This document shows positions 12,663 through 25,006 of a DNA stretch of 64,000 nucleotides, in pieces. Both the position numbers and the translations under genes were made by a program. A model generated the notes under the pieces. The model ran no database searches, was not told the DNA's origin, and saw only the letters and a list, made by a program, of their open reading frames with translations. Each line of letters opens with the position of its first letter. Position 1 is the first letter of the stretch. Origin of the DNA: Octopus sinensis (lineage: Eukaryota); the NCBI RefSeq assembly GCF_006345805.1, contig NC_043001.1, positions 72,292,001-72,356,000 of the forward strand, written 5' to 3'.

Positions 12663-12839
12663 GATCAACAACTGTATTGGTGCCAATAACCACAGAATAT
12701 TCATAGTCTGCATGATATTTTTTCTATTCTGCGGTCTTTATGGTTCTCATTTAACATTTACCACAGTGTGTACACCAGAGATGTATTTTAACTGGATTCT
12801 CTTCCCAAATGATTGTAGATTTATCTACAGTGACTTTCA
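12663..12839 (+). CDS. ZDHHC23: ZDHHC23-like exon (WINNCIG region and following TM segment)
   Basis: tatag acceptor completes TG|G (Trp), then INNCIGANNHRIFIVCMIFFLFCGLYGSHLTFTTVC.... Perfect GTAAGT donor; phase 2-2. Confidence 0.92.
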
Positions 12840-13866
12840 GTAAGTAAAAGAACATAAAAAATATTTCTTCTTTTGTTGTGATTATTAGCTTTGGTCTCCT
12901 ATTATAACATATACTGTACTGTTTTAGAGATTACCCTATGCTATGATGTCTCTCCACTCACATGTCATTTCCCTTTCTCTCATCCTTCTCCTGTCTATTA
13001 TATTATTACTATTCTGCTGGTCTCCACCCCTTCTGAACTGCCAGTCAACACCTATGCTTCCCACTCCCTCTTCAACTCATATGTATCATTGATTACTCCT
13101 CCACCATTTACTATATTCACCCCTCAACCCTATCCATTCTTTAGTTGTCATCTACTGTCCCCTACTTTCTAGCTAGCATATTTATCATCAACCCCACCCC
13201 ACTTCAACCCTTGTTCTTAATTACAGTTTATTCGAACAACTACTCCATCTCTAACCATCTACTATTCTTCTTATACACTCTTGCAAACCCTATCTACTCA
13301 CCCTTCACATTTCTGCCCAACCTCTAAAGTCCACTCTGATACTTCATCACCATTATTTTATCCCACTTTCCAGCTCCACACTTATTCTTCCCATCCACCC
13401 TTGTATAAATTGAGTAGCTATGTATTTCCTCTACAACTAAAGACTTGTTCCCATCCCTCTTTCGTACCTTTCATCATCTAACTCAAAGCTTCCCCCACTA
13501 CCCTTTACTATAGCCATATCACTTGTAAGTGCAAGTGATCTTAGCATTTAGATTATTGTCAGATTTAATGCTTATTTATTCACATTGTTTTGAATTAATC
13601 ATGTATTACCTTGTAGCTTTGAGATTTTGATGATCTGATTTTTTAAATTTTTAGACTGACATTGTAACATAAGTGTGAGAGGTTGAATCTGGCCTGTTTG
13701 AACATAAAGCAAATAAGATATTTTGGTCAGATATGGCTAGTTTAAATGCTTAAGAGTTAATTATGTTAATATAAAAATTACCTAATCATTAAAGAGTTGT
13801 TTTAAAAGTTTTAGCTGACCACAGAAATTAGCAAAAATCATTTATGACATGAACAATAATCTGTTA

Positions 13867-14339
13867 CACTGTGTAACAGGATTTTTGTCCTTAGGTAGCA
13901 ACTATTATTTCCTATTTGCTTACCCCTAGAAAGTATGAAAACTTTGCTTTTGTTACATTTATTCAAACCCCAAAGAATCCCTCTCAACACAAGGCTATGA
14001 TGCTCCTCACCTACTCCTGCTCATGATCAGAGATGCACATACTGTCAGTCATTAAGGAATATGTTTAAATAGTTAAGGTCAAGCAACTGACAAGCAAATC
14101 TGTGGTATTGAGCAGAATATTTGTTATAATGATATTTCTTCTTCAGTAACTCAGTGCTGAATCTGTCTGAAATGTAATGGAAAATATGTTAGTTTCAAAA
14201 CATTGATGTCTAGGTCACAAAGGCCAAGTTTGAAGGGAATAGTAGTCATTTCCCTTGATTTCTAGATAGAACCAAATAGGAAATAACACTTCCTGACCAA
14301 AGACAAAAAAAAATAAAATAAAAATTTTGTTACACAATG
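13867..14339. mobile_element. Tc1/mariner-like MITE (about 480 bp); second copy at 42416-42904
   Basis: Terminal CACTGTGTAACA ... TGTTACACAATG with TA on the left. The two copies align over their whole length. Confidence 0.65.
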
Positions 14340-14674
14340 TTATCTTGTCTCCAAAATTCTGTGCTTCCTGAAATTACTCAACATTACTCTTGATGTGCCA
14401 AAGCACCTTTTCCTCTTTATGGCTATTTTATTGTTCCCTTTCTTGTTTTTTTATGTTTTATCCATTGTACTATGCATATATATATCTAGCTTTCATTGCT
14501 GTCTTTTCTTAGTTGATTTATATGTCTGCTTTCTGTCCCCTCATGCAACTAAGCAGTGCATTGAAAAGGTTCATTATTATCATGACAGTATTGTTTTAAA
14601 ACTTTTACTTGGCATCACAAATAACCAAATAACTAACTATGAAGTTTACAATATTCTATTCTCTTGTTTTCCAG

Positions 14675-14927
14675 AACATCCATTAGCTTTGTGACAGCTT
14701 GCTATGTTTCAATAAGCACTGCAGTTATGCTCTTGGCATTTTTACAGCAGATTATGCTGATCAGTCAGAACATCACATCACAAGAGTTGCATCAGGCATT
14801 GGTGCGCAAGAAAACCTTCTGTGGTATTTATGCTTATAATAACGTTCACAACAAGGGTTTTTTACGCAACTGGATGGAGTTTATTTTTAGACCATCTCGG
14901 AGTATTTCACAGAAGATTCCCATGTAA
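14675..14927 (+). CDS. ZDHHC23: ZDHHC23-like terminal coding exon
   Basis: ttttccag acceptor in phase 2. Reads TSISFVTACYVSISTAVMLLAFLQQIMLISQNITSQE...NNVHNKGFLRNWMEF...*, with TTxE-like and PaCCT-like motifs. Closely resembles the recalled vertebrate ZDHHC23 C-terminus (NVTERE, YNRGFLRNWHQF). Confidence 0.9.
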
Positions 14928-15072
14928 ACATTTTTTTAAATATGTGTGTGCGTGTGGCAGGGGTGGGGAGGGTATGCGTATATATTTATATATATGTAGG
15001 TATATATATCTATGTATATGTGTGTGTATGTATATCCATATGTGTGTGTGTGTATGATGATTATGTGTGTGC

Positions 15073-15103
<31 letters not shown>

Positions 15104-15154
15104 GATAAATGAAAAGAATGGAGTCGAACAAAGATTTTAACAAAATTCCTTTAC

Positions 15155-15235
15155 TTTCGACATATGTTTCGAAGACTGCATACTCTTAATTTCGAAGGAA
15201 TGAAGGTTGCATTATGCCGTCTTCTCATCAGGAAA
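15155..15235 (-). ncRNA. Predicted type I hammerhead ribozyme (left arm of palindrome)
   Basis: Reverse complement of 15403-15483 with the core fully intact. Confidence 0.7.
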
Positions 15236-15402
15236 TACAAGGAACCTCTATCAGCCTCAAGACAAACAAAAGCTTCTTACCGTCTGCCTACATGGTTTCC
15301 ACAGTGATAATTTTAAATAAATACTCATTATCACTGTGGAAATCATGTAGGCAGACGGTAAGAAGCTTTTGTTCATCTTGAGGCTGATAGAAGTTCTTTG
15401 TA

Positions 15403-15483
15403 TTTCCTGATGAGAAGACGGCATAATGTAACCTTCATTCTTTCGAAATTAAGAGTATGCAGTCTTCGAAACATATGTCGAAA
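15403..15483 (+). ncRNA. Predicted type I hammerhead ribozyme (right arm of palindrome)
   Basis: Stem I TTTC/GAAA; core CTGATGA; stem II GAAGAC/GTCTTC extended by GCATA/TATGC; GAAA; palindromic stem III ACATATGT; GUC cleavage triplet ending at 15479. Confidence 0.72.
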
Positions 15484-16529
15484 GTAAAGGAATTTTGTTA
15501 AAATCTTCGTTCGACTCCATTCTTTTCATTTATTCATATAAAAAAACACACAAATTTCCACACACGAACATGGGGTTCGGCCCTTGGCATGTAACTTCAA
15601 CCGTGTTTTACTGACGTGAATTTGCTACCCAGGTATCGATTAACCGAATTATCCATACTAGGATAATTCATTCATCTACTTATATATATATATATATATT
15701 TATATATACACACACACACATCATCACTATTTAACATTTGTTTTCCATGCTGGCATGGGTTGGGCAGTTTGACAGGAACTTGCAAGGTGAGAAGACTGCA
15801 CCAAGCTCTATTGTCTGCTTTGGCATGGTTTCTATAGCTGGATGCCCTTTCCAATGCCAACCACTTTACAGGGTGTACTGGGTGCTTTTTACATGTCACC
15901 AGCACTGGTAATTTGCAAAACTACCTCCTCCTCTCTTAATTGGGAGGGGGAGTAGTATTGAGGGAGGTGACTTTGTGCCAATTGATGAGAGGTTAAAATA
16001 TAACAGAGGGATAGAGGTAGGTGTCTTGCTGTAGAGGAGATACCTGGACACCCCAGTTGGAAAAGAAAGGAGAGAAAGGGAGAAAAAGATAGATAGATGG
16101 ATAGGAAGATAGATAAATACATAGAGAGAGAGAGAGAGTGAGAGAGAGATGATGATGATGGTGGATATGTGTTGAGATATGCCCTTAAAGTACAGTGGGA
16201 GGTGAATATAAGTGAAGTGGTACTGGACAGGGTGAGTGGGCAGGATGGGTAGAGAGGGAAGTATCACAAAAGTGTTAGGAGAGATTGGGTTGAGATGATT
16301 ATAGCAAGGGATGCAAATGATGGTGGGGGATATAGGAGTGGCTCAGGGAAGTTATGGTAGATATTTGAAGCCATTGAGAGTGATAGCAAATAAGAGAAGT
16401 ATTAATGATGGAGTATAGCAGAGAGGAGAGAGAGCAATGGCAGAAGGCACAGAAAGGACGTGATTCGTGGAAATAGTTGGCAGGAAGATAATCAGAAATG
16501 AAATTCTGCTCTCAGGGGATTAAAGCAGT

Positions 16530-17900
16530 TGAGTAAAACTATAGATAGATAAATAATGAATTAGAGGATGAGATGTGGGGGAAATGCTTGATGGGTTAGA
16601 GAGAGTGGAGGTGGGGCAAGACCCTACATGTACAAACATTACCAAGCTGGTTTTAGGATATCTTTTCTGCTCTAATGGACAGGTCTTCTTGAGCACAGCA
16701 AAACCCCAAGCATCTTGGTCCTTTGTCATCTCCCCCATAAGACTCAGTATCTTGAGATTGGCCTTCAATACCGTCATGCCTTCATGAGTCTTTCTCTTCC
16801 ACAAATTCCATCCACTTTAAACAATTAGCATTTCTTTATGCAACTATTCCTCATCCATATGCATCACATGGCCAAACTAGCATAGTCTTCTCTCTTGATC
16901 ACTACATCTGATTCTTTTATGCCTAGCTTTTCCCTCAGCACACCAGCACTTTGTCATACATTGTGCATTTAATTGAGCATACTAGCTTCATTCCTCTTTA
17001 GACTTTACACAGCTTCTGCATTTAGGGCCCATGTCTCACTACCATATAGCATTGCTGTTCATACACAAGCATTATATAATCTTCCTTTCACTCAGAGAGA
17101 GAGAGAGACCTTTTGTTGTCAATAGAGGTAAAAGCTCTCTGATTATAATGCTGCTACACCAGTCATTGGGGCTGACACCTTCCTGAATAACTTGATTAAC
17201 TATACAGGTGACCAGACTGTAATCCTACACCACCAGATATTTTAAGCATCTCAGCAGTAATTCCCAATGGACTAGTGGCTTTCCCTGTCTTCATATCCTC
17301 AATTGCCTAATCTATGTTACTGATGTCAACTAGAATAGCTAATCTCTCTGTTGGATTCACATTGGAGAGACTCCCTTTCTCTCATTCATTCTCTACATTT
17401 AATAACCTTTCATAGTAACACTTTCATGCCTCCTTCCTTTCAGAGTCACTAAGTGCAAGCATACCATTATCCATCTGTGCACACTTCTCTCCCATAACAT
17501 CTTGATTCTCTGTGATACAGTCTAGCAATCTGGAACATCACAAGTCTCTGATTTTCATGCTATATGACATTGACAAACTTCTTCCTTTCTGCATCCGCCA
17601 TTGTTAGATGAATCTGTAGCCTATCTTCCCTCCTAGTTACTTGATACAACTCTTTGTTGCTCCCCTTTTCTAGTTTTTTTTTTTCCAAGTTCATCTCTTT
17701 GTCTTTATGACCCTGTCTATCTTACTGTTCCACCACCATATCATCTACAGTTTGGTTGAAACTTTGCTCCAACTACAGATTTGATGTGCAGCCTTCAGAA
17801 GGTGTTCCCATAAGAACTTCCAGTTGGACTCTATGTTATATGTCACTATCACCTCCTCTTTCCCAACAGATACTTTAATCAGAAGGTCTCTGAATCACTA
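16530..17900 (-). mobile_element. Old RTE-clade LINE fragment
   Basis: Degenerate similarity to the RTE RT and 3' region, e.g. gcaattactgctgagatgc and RKTHEG/WGFAVLKKT. Confidence 0.6.
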
Positions 17901-18169
17901 TAGCATACACACACACATTTTTGTGTGTAAACATATGTAATTATATATGCATATAAAATGCCAAGGCTGGTTCCTTCAGATGGTCTGTTTTATGATAAAT
18001 TTCCTTTAACTCTCATCTGATGTTAGTTTTTTTCCTGGCTACTTTGAGTGTAAAGTACAATATTGATAATTAAGAGAATGAGGAATTTGAACATTCAAAT
18101 TTTATGTTTATTTACAGTTGGTTTATTCATAATAATTGTCTGACATGTGTTTCGATTGCATTAATTCTT

Positions 18170-18540
18170 TTATTCTTTTACTTGTTTCAGTCATTTGACT
18201 GCGGCCATGCTGGAGCACCGCCTTTAGTCGAGCAAATCGACCTTAGGACTTATTCTTTGTAAACCTAGTACTTATTCTATCAGCCTCTTTTGCTGAACTG
18301 CTAAGTTACGGGGACATAAACACACCAGCATCAGTTGTCAAGCGATGTTGGGGGGACAAACACACACACACACATATATACGACGGGCTTCTTTCAGTTT
18401 CCGTCTATCAAATCCACTCACAAGGCTTTGGTTGGCCCGAGGCTATAGTAGAAGACACTTGCCCAAGGTGCCATGCAGTGGGACTGAACCTGGAACCATG
18501 TGGTTGGTAAGCAAGCTACTTACCACACAGCCACTCCTGC
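18170..18540 (-). mobile_element. Composite A-microsatellite-B SINE
   Basis: Full-length low-divergence copy of the arrangement at 5732-6135. Confidence 0.78.
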
Positions 18541-19984
18541 ACTTATTTATGTGCAACGATTTATGCATAATTAGTACAATCCCTTCAGGCTGTATAAACA
18601 TGACATTGTTCAAAGAGGAATTATCCTCCATTATTAGTTTGAACTAGTCTTGGTAGCAGTAGTAGTAAACCATGATGTTCATCGATGAGCTGTTTTTCAC
18701 AACTCACAACTACCATAATGCATAAATCACTGCATATAAATATGCAACAATATTGAAACACATGTCAGACAATTATGAATAAACCAACTGTAAATAAACA
18801 TGAAGTTTGAATGTGCAAATTCATCATTCTCCTTATTATCAGTATGTATATATCTATAAATACACACACATTTTTGTGTATGTTTTGCTGTACGTAAACA
18901 TATGTAATTATATATGCATATATGTTTGTGTATGTGTGTATGTATGTGTGTGTAGGTATGTATGTATGTGTGTGTGTGTGTGTGAATATGCATACATATA
19001 TATTTATGCACATATTTATATAATGTGTCTATTTTCCTATGAATCTATTTATTCTTTGTATAATGGACATAAAAATATTATTTGTGTGATAAATGCAATT
19101 CTTTTAATTACTTTATTATATTTTAATTAACTTTATTATATTTGATAAACATCATTGAAGATCTGCAACAGATTATTATGAAAGACAGTTATAATACTTC
19201 CATTGTAAAACCATTGACCTGATATTTGAAATATGTATATAGCTATATTTTGTATAAAAACAGAACTCCATAACAATTATATACTTAATAAACATTCAGT
19301 GATATCAAAATTATGGCTTTTACTTTTCTTTGTATGCAGAAATAAGTCGTTTTCTTTTCTAAGAATTGTTTAGGCCCAAACTTCTTTTTTGTGCTGGTCA
19401 CTCTCATCAATAATAAATGTATTGCTATCCATTTTGCTGATTCCATAACAGTAGTTTAGTATGGGTCTTGGCTGCCTCCTGATTGCTTGCTACCATCCTT
19501 GACCCATTACCATTTAAACAGGCCATATTGGGCCCAGATATTCTACTTGTTTTATGTTCAAACTGACCAGATCTGACCTTTCACTCCTACCCTTTAGAAT
19601 GATATTCATTCTAAAGATAAGCAATCATATCATCAAAATCTCAAAGCTACAAGATAAAGCATGCTTCGTTCAAAATGTGTATAAATAAGCATTACATTTG
19701 ACAGAGTAATATGAATGCTAAAGGTGAAATGGAATATTCTTTCAACTATATTATATGCATGTATATAAATGCCACCCTGTGCAGTCCACATACTTGAAGC
19801 TGTGCCAGTGTTCCATAATCTGTCTGCTTGTCTCTGCTTATCTCTTTCTTCCCAGTCTCAACACCATTCACAATAATTGAATCCTTTTATTATATACTAG
19901 CAGAGATACCCGGTGTTGCCCATGTTACATTCAATTGAAGAATTAGACTTTTCTGTTATGAACTGGAATATCTATGTTTCGAAT

Positions 19985-20490
19985 TTCATCAAGAAGTGAG
20001 CAGCTAATGTGTATCTCAGTCAAGAAGTGACTATAAAGTGAGAGATGGAGAATGAGATCTTGCAAAGGGTAAGAGCAGGATGGAGAGCATTCAACTCAAC
20101 GAAGGATGTGCTGAAGGCAAACCTAGACAAGGCAACTCATGCCAATCTCTTCAACAGCTCAGTCTTGCCGGCAATACTATATGCATGTGAGACTTGGTCC
20201 TTGACAAAAAGAGAACAACACCTGCTTACAGTGCAGAGAGCCATGGAAAGGTTGATGTTGGGAATCTAGCTAAAAGATCACATCTGGAACAAGGATATCG
20301 TCACAGAATACCACTACACAAAGCTATGATGAGCCAGTCATGTCGCAAGGTCTACAGACAATCAGTGGACCTGTGCAGAAACCACTCGGAAGACCTCCAA
20401 CCAGGTGGGAAGATGATTTAAAAAAGATATTTGGAACAATGTGGAGAATGGTGAAAGCACAATGGGAATGGAACAAATGCTGTGGCTAAT
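19985..20490 (+). mobile_element. RTE-clade 3' fragment of a second family
   Basis: RVRAGWRAF, VLPAILYACETW and QRAMERLMLG motifs. Confidence 0.7.
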
Positions 20491-21129
20491 TTCTAAATGG
20501 TTTTGCTGTCGTGATTTCTTTATCCATCAGTTTCTAAGATAGAGACACGAGTAAAATTAATAATAGAGAAATGAAAATAAAACTTTGGAAACAGCAATAC
20601 CACCATAACTTACGTGGAAAGACTTGAAAGTCAATGTAAGATCGTAATACTTCATGTAAAGTAAATATAACAAATAATCCAGAATCCTTGTCTAGTGCCA
20701 GATCAATCCCAAAATCTAATCAGTTTGTGCCAGTCATGAGGCCAAACATCCCTGAAAGTTTCATCTGAATCCATCCAGCAAAGGTGGAGGTAATAATAAT
20801 GATGGTCACTCCTGTCAATTTTGACATACGAGTGTTTGAAGGATCAAAAATAAGAGATGCTGAATCTATTTGCGATGGAAGTGTAAATGGAATTTGAATC
20901 CATGTATGGATTTTGCTATGATGGTTTTGATTTTACTTGGGATTGGACAAATGTGTTTGTTAATTGCAGGATATAATTCTTTTCTTACTCTGTTTATTAA
21001 ACTCAAATTGTTTAGATGTATCATGATACATTCTACATCACTCTGACCTAGGCAATAAATGAAGCTGTAGGGATTTTAGTGATTGCTTCAACTTATCCTT
21101 ATATGTAAGGATGGGTCTTCCTTTACCAT

Positions 21130-21590
21130 GGAACCCTTTTATTTGTTAGCCATACAAAAGAATTTTTGGAATGCAATCATCTTGCATTTGAACATGTCCT
21201 GCCTGTCTGACCTGAATTCTCAATAGCATGCTTTCAATACTGGAGCTGTCACATTTCCCTAAAATTTTGACATTCAATATCTTATTTTGCAATTTTATAT
21301 TGCACAAACAGCACATGTGAAAAGTTTCAAATTTCTTTATATATCTGTAGTAGGGAGTCCTTGCTTGTCCCATAAAAATGTGTGCTAAAAATTACTAGGT
21401 TTGTATCCACTTATTTTAGTTTTCAAACTGACACTGTGTTCATCCCATAAACAATGGGAAAGTTTTCCAAAAGTACTTGTAGCCTTAGATATTCTAATAA
21501 TGACTTTGTTATCAAGAGTACTCTTAAAGTATGTTGAGCATAGGTAGAAAAATTCTTGCTGATTCTTAACTGCATCAATAAGCATGTAGC
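21130..21590 (-). mobile_element. BovB-like RTE fragment; an RT piece of a similar family lies on + at 22840-23060
   Basis: ISKATSTFGKL..LWDEHSVSLKTKI and QVRQAGHV..M.D.CIPK.LLYG. The + strand piece encodes QCGFR..RGT..RQ.Q.K and LTKAFD. Confidence 0.6.
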
Positions 21591-21602
21591 AAACAGTATA
21601 CA

Positions 21603-22834
21603 CAGTACTGTGCAAAAGTCTTCAGCCACTTCAAACTATTGTAAATTTCTACTAATTGCCAACTTACAAGTGGATGCTTCACATTGTGTTTTTTACAGAT
21701 GAAACATCTGTCTTGTTGGAGTCATTTCCATACTTAATCATTATATTTTGTAGTTGGGATTCTAAATGAGAGGGGAAGATGCAAGATGACCACCAAAAGT
21801 GGCCGTGCAAATGTTTTCAGCTACCTCACATAAACCAATCAAGATACAGGGTTTTAAAACAGAAAAATATCACTATTCAAGTTACCGTCAATTTTAACCA
21901 ACCGTCTTGAACCATCACTTTTTATGTATCCTCAAAGCATCAGACTCTTACCTTTAAACTTCACTGTTTCCATCATGTAACATGGTTGTTTCACTTTCTT
22001 AGAGGCCTCCTGATAAATTCTCACTTATTAGAAAGCGAAACTTTCCATGACGAAAACAGTGATGTTTGGGGGTAAGAGTCTGATGCTTTGGGGATGCATA
22101 AAAAATGATGGTTCAAGAAAGTTGGTTAAAATTGAGGTAACTTGAATAGTACCAAATACATCCAGCTGCTGAAGGGCAATTTGATACCAGACTTGGATGA
22201 AGGTGAGATTTTTCAGCATGACAGAGCTCCATGCTGCACATTGCATGCAACACAACAGAGTCTGGCTGATGAAGGTGTTACCATATTGAAAGATAAGCCA
22301 GCTCAGAACCCTGACTTAAATATCATTGAGCAAATGTGGACAGAACTAAAGAGAAGGGTTCATCAGAAGAATCCACACAATCTTGAAGAGTTGTGGGAGC
22401 TCAGCCACAGAGAATGGCATCTCATACTTGTGAAAATGGTAAAGGATTTGTTTGTATCTCTTCCCAGGTGCATTGAAGCAATTATTCAAGCTAAGGGAAG
22501 CCACACAAAATATTAAAAATATACAGTAACTTCTTGAAATGAACATTATGTAATAAATTTTCATTATAGACATTTTTTCTGTTTTAAAATACTGTATCTT
22601 GATTGGTTTATGTGAGGTGCCAAAAACTTTTGCACAGCCATTTTTGGTGGTCGTCTTGCATCTTCCCTTCTCATTATGAACCTCTACTACAAAATATGAT
22701 TAGGTATGGAAATGACTTCAACAGGGCCAATATTTCATCTGTAAAAAATACAATGTGAAACATGCACTTATAAGTTGGCAATTAGTAGAAATTTACAATA
22801 GTTTAAAGTAGTGGAAGACTTTTACACAGTACTA
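21603..22834 (+). mobile_element. Internally deleted Tc1-family DNA transposon with about 270-bp IR/DR TIRs
   Basis: TIRs start CAGTACTGTGCAAAAG; TA follows the right end. ORF 22142-22516 has FQHDRAP...PAQNPDLNIIEQMW and GSHTKY*, preceded by a TVMFGGKSLMLWGC motif. The N-terminal HTH region is missing. Confidence 0.9.
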
Positions 22835-23059
22835 TATCTTGAATCCCAATGTGGATTTCAGGCTAGGAGAGGTACAGTTCACGTGATTTTTTTTGCCATT
22901 AGGCAAGTTCAAGACAAAGCACTTGAGCAAAATACTGACTTATACATGGACTTTGTGAACTTGACCAAGGCCTTTGATAGTGAATTGTGAGGTGTTTTGG
23001 AAACTTTTGTCAAAAAAGTTTGCCTTCCTGATAAAATGATAAGCGTAATAATAATGGTT

Positions 23060-23700
23060 TCAAATTTTGGCACAAGGCCAGCAATTTCAGGGAAGGAGGT
23101 AAGTTGATTATATTGACCCCAGTATTCAACTGGTACTTGCTTTATCAACCCTGAAAGGATGAAAGGCGAAGTCAACCTGGGTAGTGTTTGAACTCAAAAT
23201 GTAGAAATGGATGAAATACTGCTAAGCATTTTACTCGGTGTGCTAATGATTCTCCCAGCTTATAATAATAATAATAATTCTAATTTTGGCACAAGGCTAG
23301 CAACTTTGAGAGGAGGGGTTAGTCAACTACATCAACCCCATTACCTGACTGGTATTTTATTTTATCAAACCTGGAAGGATGAAAGGAAAAGATGATCTCC
23401 TTAATTTGAACTCAGAAGGTAAACGAGTCAGAAGAAATGCCACTAAACATTTTGTACAATGCACCTAATGATTCTGCCAGCTCATGGCCTTTTTCTTTCT
23501 AATTTTGACACAAGGGCCAGCAATTTTGAGGGGAGGGAGTTAGGTAATACTATCGACCCCAGTATTTTACTAGTATTTTATTTTGTTAAACTCTGAAAGG
23601 ATGAAAGGTAAAATTGACCACAGCATGATTTGAACTCATAAAGTAAGGTACCAGAAGAAGTTGCTGCTATACATATTGACTAATGCTCTAGTGATTCTCC
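23060..23700 (-). mobile_element. Three tandem fragments of SINE family C
   Basis: Repeated aattttggcacaagg...ggatgaaaggc..gtc.acc...tttgaactca units, reverse complements of the 39047-39330 copies. Confidence 0.7.
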
Positions 23701-23984
23701 CAAGCCACAACCCTTTAATATTAATAACAATAATTATGTTAAAATTCCATGTTAGTATGGGTGGGATTAGTCATTATTTTGTGAATCAGTCCTGATTCAG
23801 AGTTACTGTGCTTTTGAATAGGTCCAAGAATCACATCTACCTTGAACCTTTTAATTTTGGCATGGAATTAGATGCTCTTCCTAATGTCAACCCCTTTACA
23901 GAGTGCACTAGGTACATTTTATCATAGCACCAACACTAAAATAGAAGGCAAGAAAAAATAAAAGGTTGTATCTAAACTTTAATT

Positions 23985-24292
23985 TTAACCATAAGTGTCC
24001 GAACTAAAGTGTGTATTTTCTCTGTCAGCTGAATGTAAGACATCTACTATGGCATGTTTCGGTACTTCAGAACCTCGTACTTTCATCATATAACAGGCTG
24101 TCTCGACTTTCTCTAGTGACTGTTTCATGGTTAACATCTTTAAAGAAGTCTCGCGGCAGGTGTTCCCAAAACCCAAGAAGTTGGTGTGGATCTCACGTAG
24201 GAAGTTACAAATGCGGAATGGAGTTTCGACATCTCCACTACTGATTGACTTGATGGCCATCCTCATTAGTTCACCAGTCAAGTCAGCAACAC
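23985..24292 (-). CDS. TSNAX: Translin-associated factor X, terminal coding exon
   Basis: ccatccag acceptor, phase 1 (G|GT). Reads [13 protein letters not shown]...[13 protein letters not shown]...[24 protein letters not shown]...YG*, matching the TRAX C-terminus. Confidence 0.95.
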
Positions 24293-24788
24293 CTGGATGG
24301 AGAAAAAAAAGGGAAACAAATGAGAGAGAGAAGAGGGTGAGAGAGACATAAATGAGGATTGCAGTTAACATTTTACTCCAGATATGTTCTAATCTAGTAG
24401 ACCTATGATCAAAGACATTCCAACCATCATTGTTTAATGTGTACTTCCATCTTTTTAAGACAGAAAGATTTAGCTGTTATTTCTAGTAAGCTGAGTGACT
24501 ATTACACTAGAATGGTTTACAGTTGGTTGAGTCAGTAGAATGTTGGTTAAAAAGCTCAATGGTCAACAGCTCATATCTCTATCACCAATAATGATACATG
24601 GCAATCAATAACTAAGGTAATATAGGTAGAATAGATAGTCATAGTAATAAACATCATCATCATCATTTAATGTCTGTTTTCCATGCTGGTATGGGTTGGA
24701 CGGTTTGACAGGAGCTGCACCAGTCTCCATAGTCTGTTTTGGCTTGGTTTCTATGGTTGGATGCCCTTTCAAATGCCAACCACTTTAA

Positions 24789-25006
24789 CCCTTTCATTAC
24801 TGTATCTATTTTGAGATCCTCTTTGTTTCTTTTAATTAATTATATAACAAAGAATTTAGTAAAATAACTTAGTTATCATTCAGCTAGTGTTAAGAACATA
24901 AATTGTGACTAAGGTTTGGTGGAAGATTTTAATTCAAAGCTTATGAAAACAAGACATTTGAACTACAGAGCCAGAGCCGGCATCAACCAGGTTGGTAACG
25001 AAAGGG
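24789..25006. mobile_element. TTAA-flanked MITE (piggyBac-like); older relative at 25165-25372
   Basis: TTAA|CCCTTTCATTAC ... GTAACGAAAGGG|TTAA, inserted into an RTE-tail repeat. Confidence 0.8.

Larger units (their letters stand above)
15105..15533. repeat. Near-perfect palindrome: 207-bp arms, 15-nt loop (Penelope-type fold-back)
   Basis: Arms 15105-15311 and 15327-15533 are reverse complements with about 8 mismatches, all transitions by my count. Confidence 0.95.
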
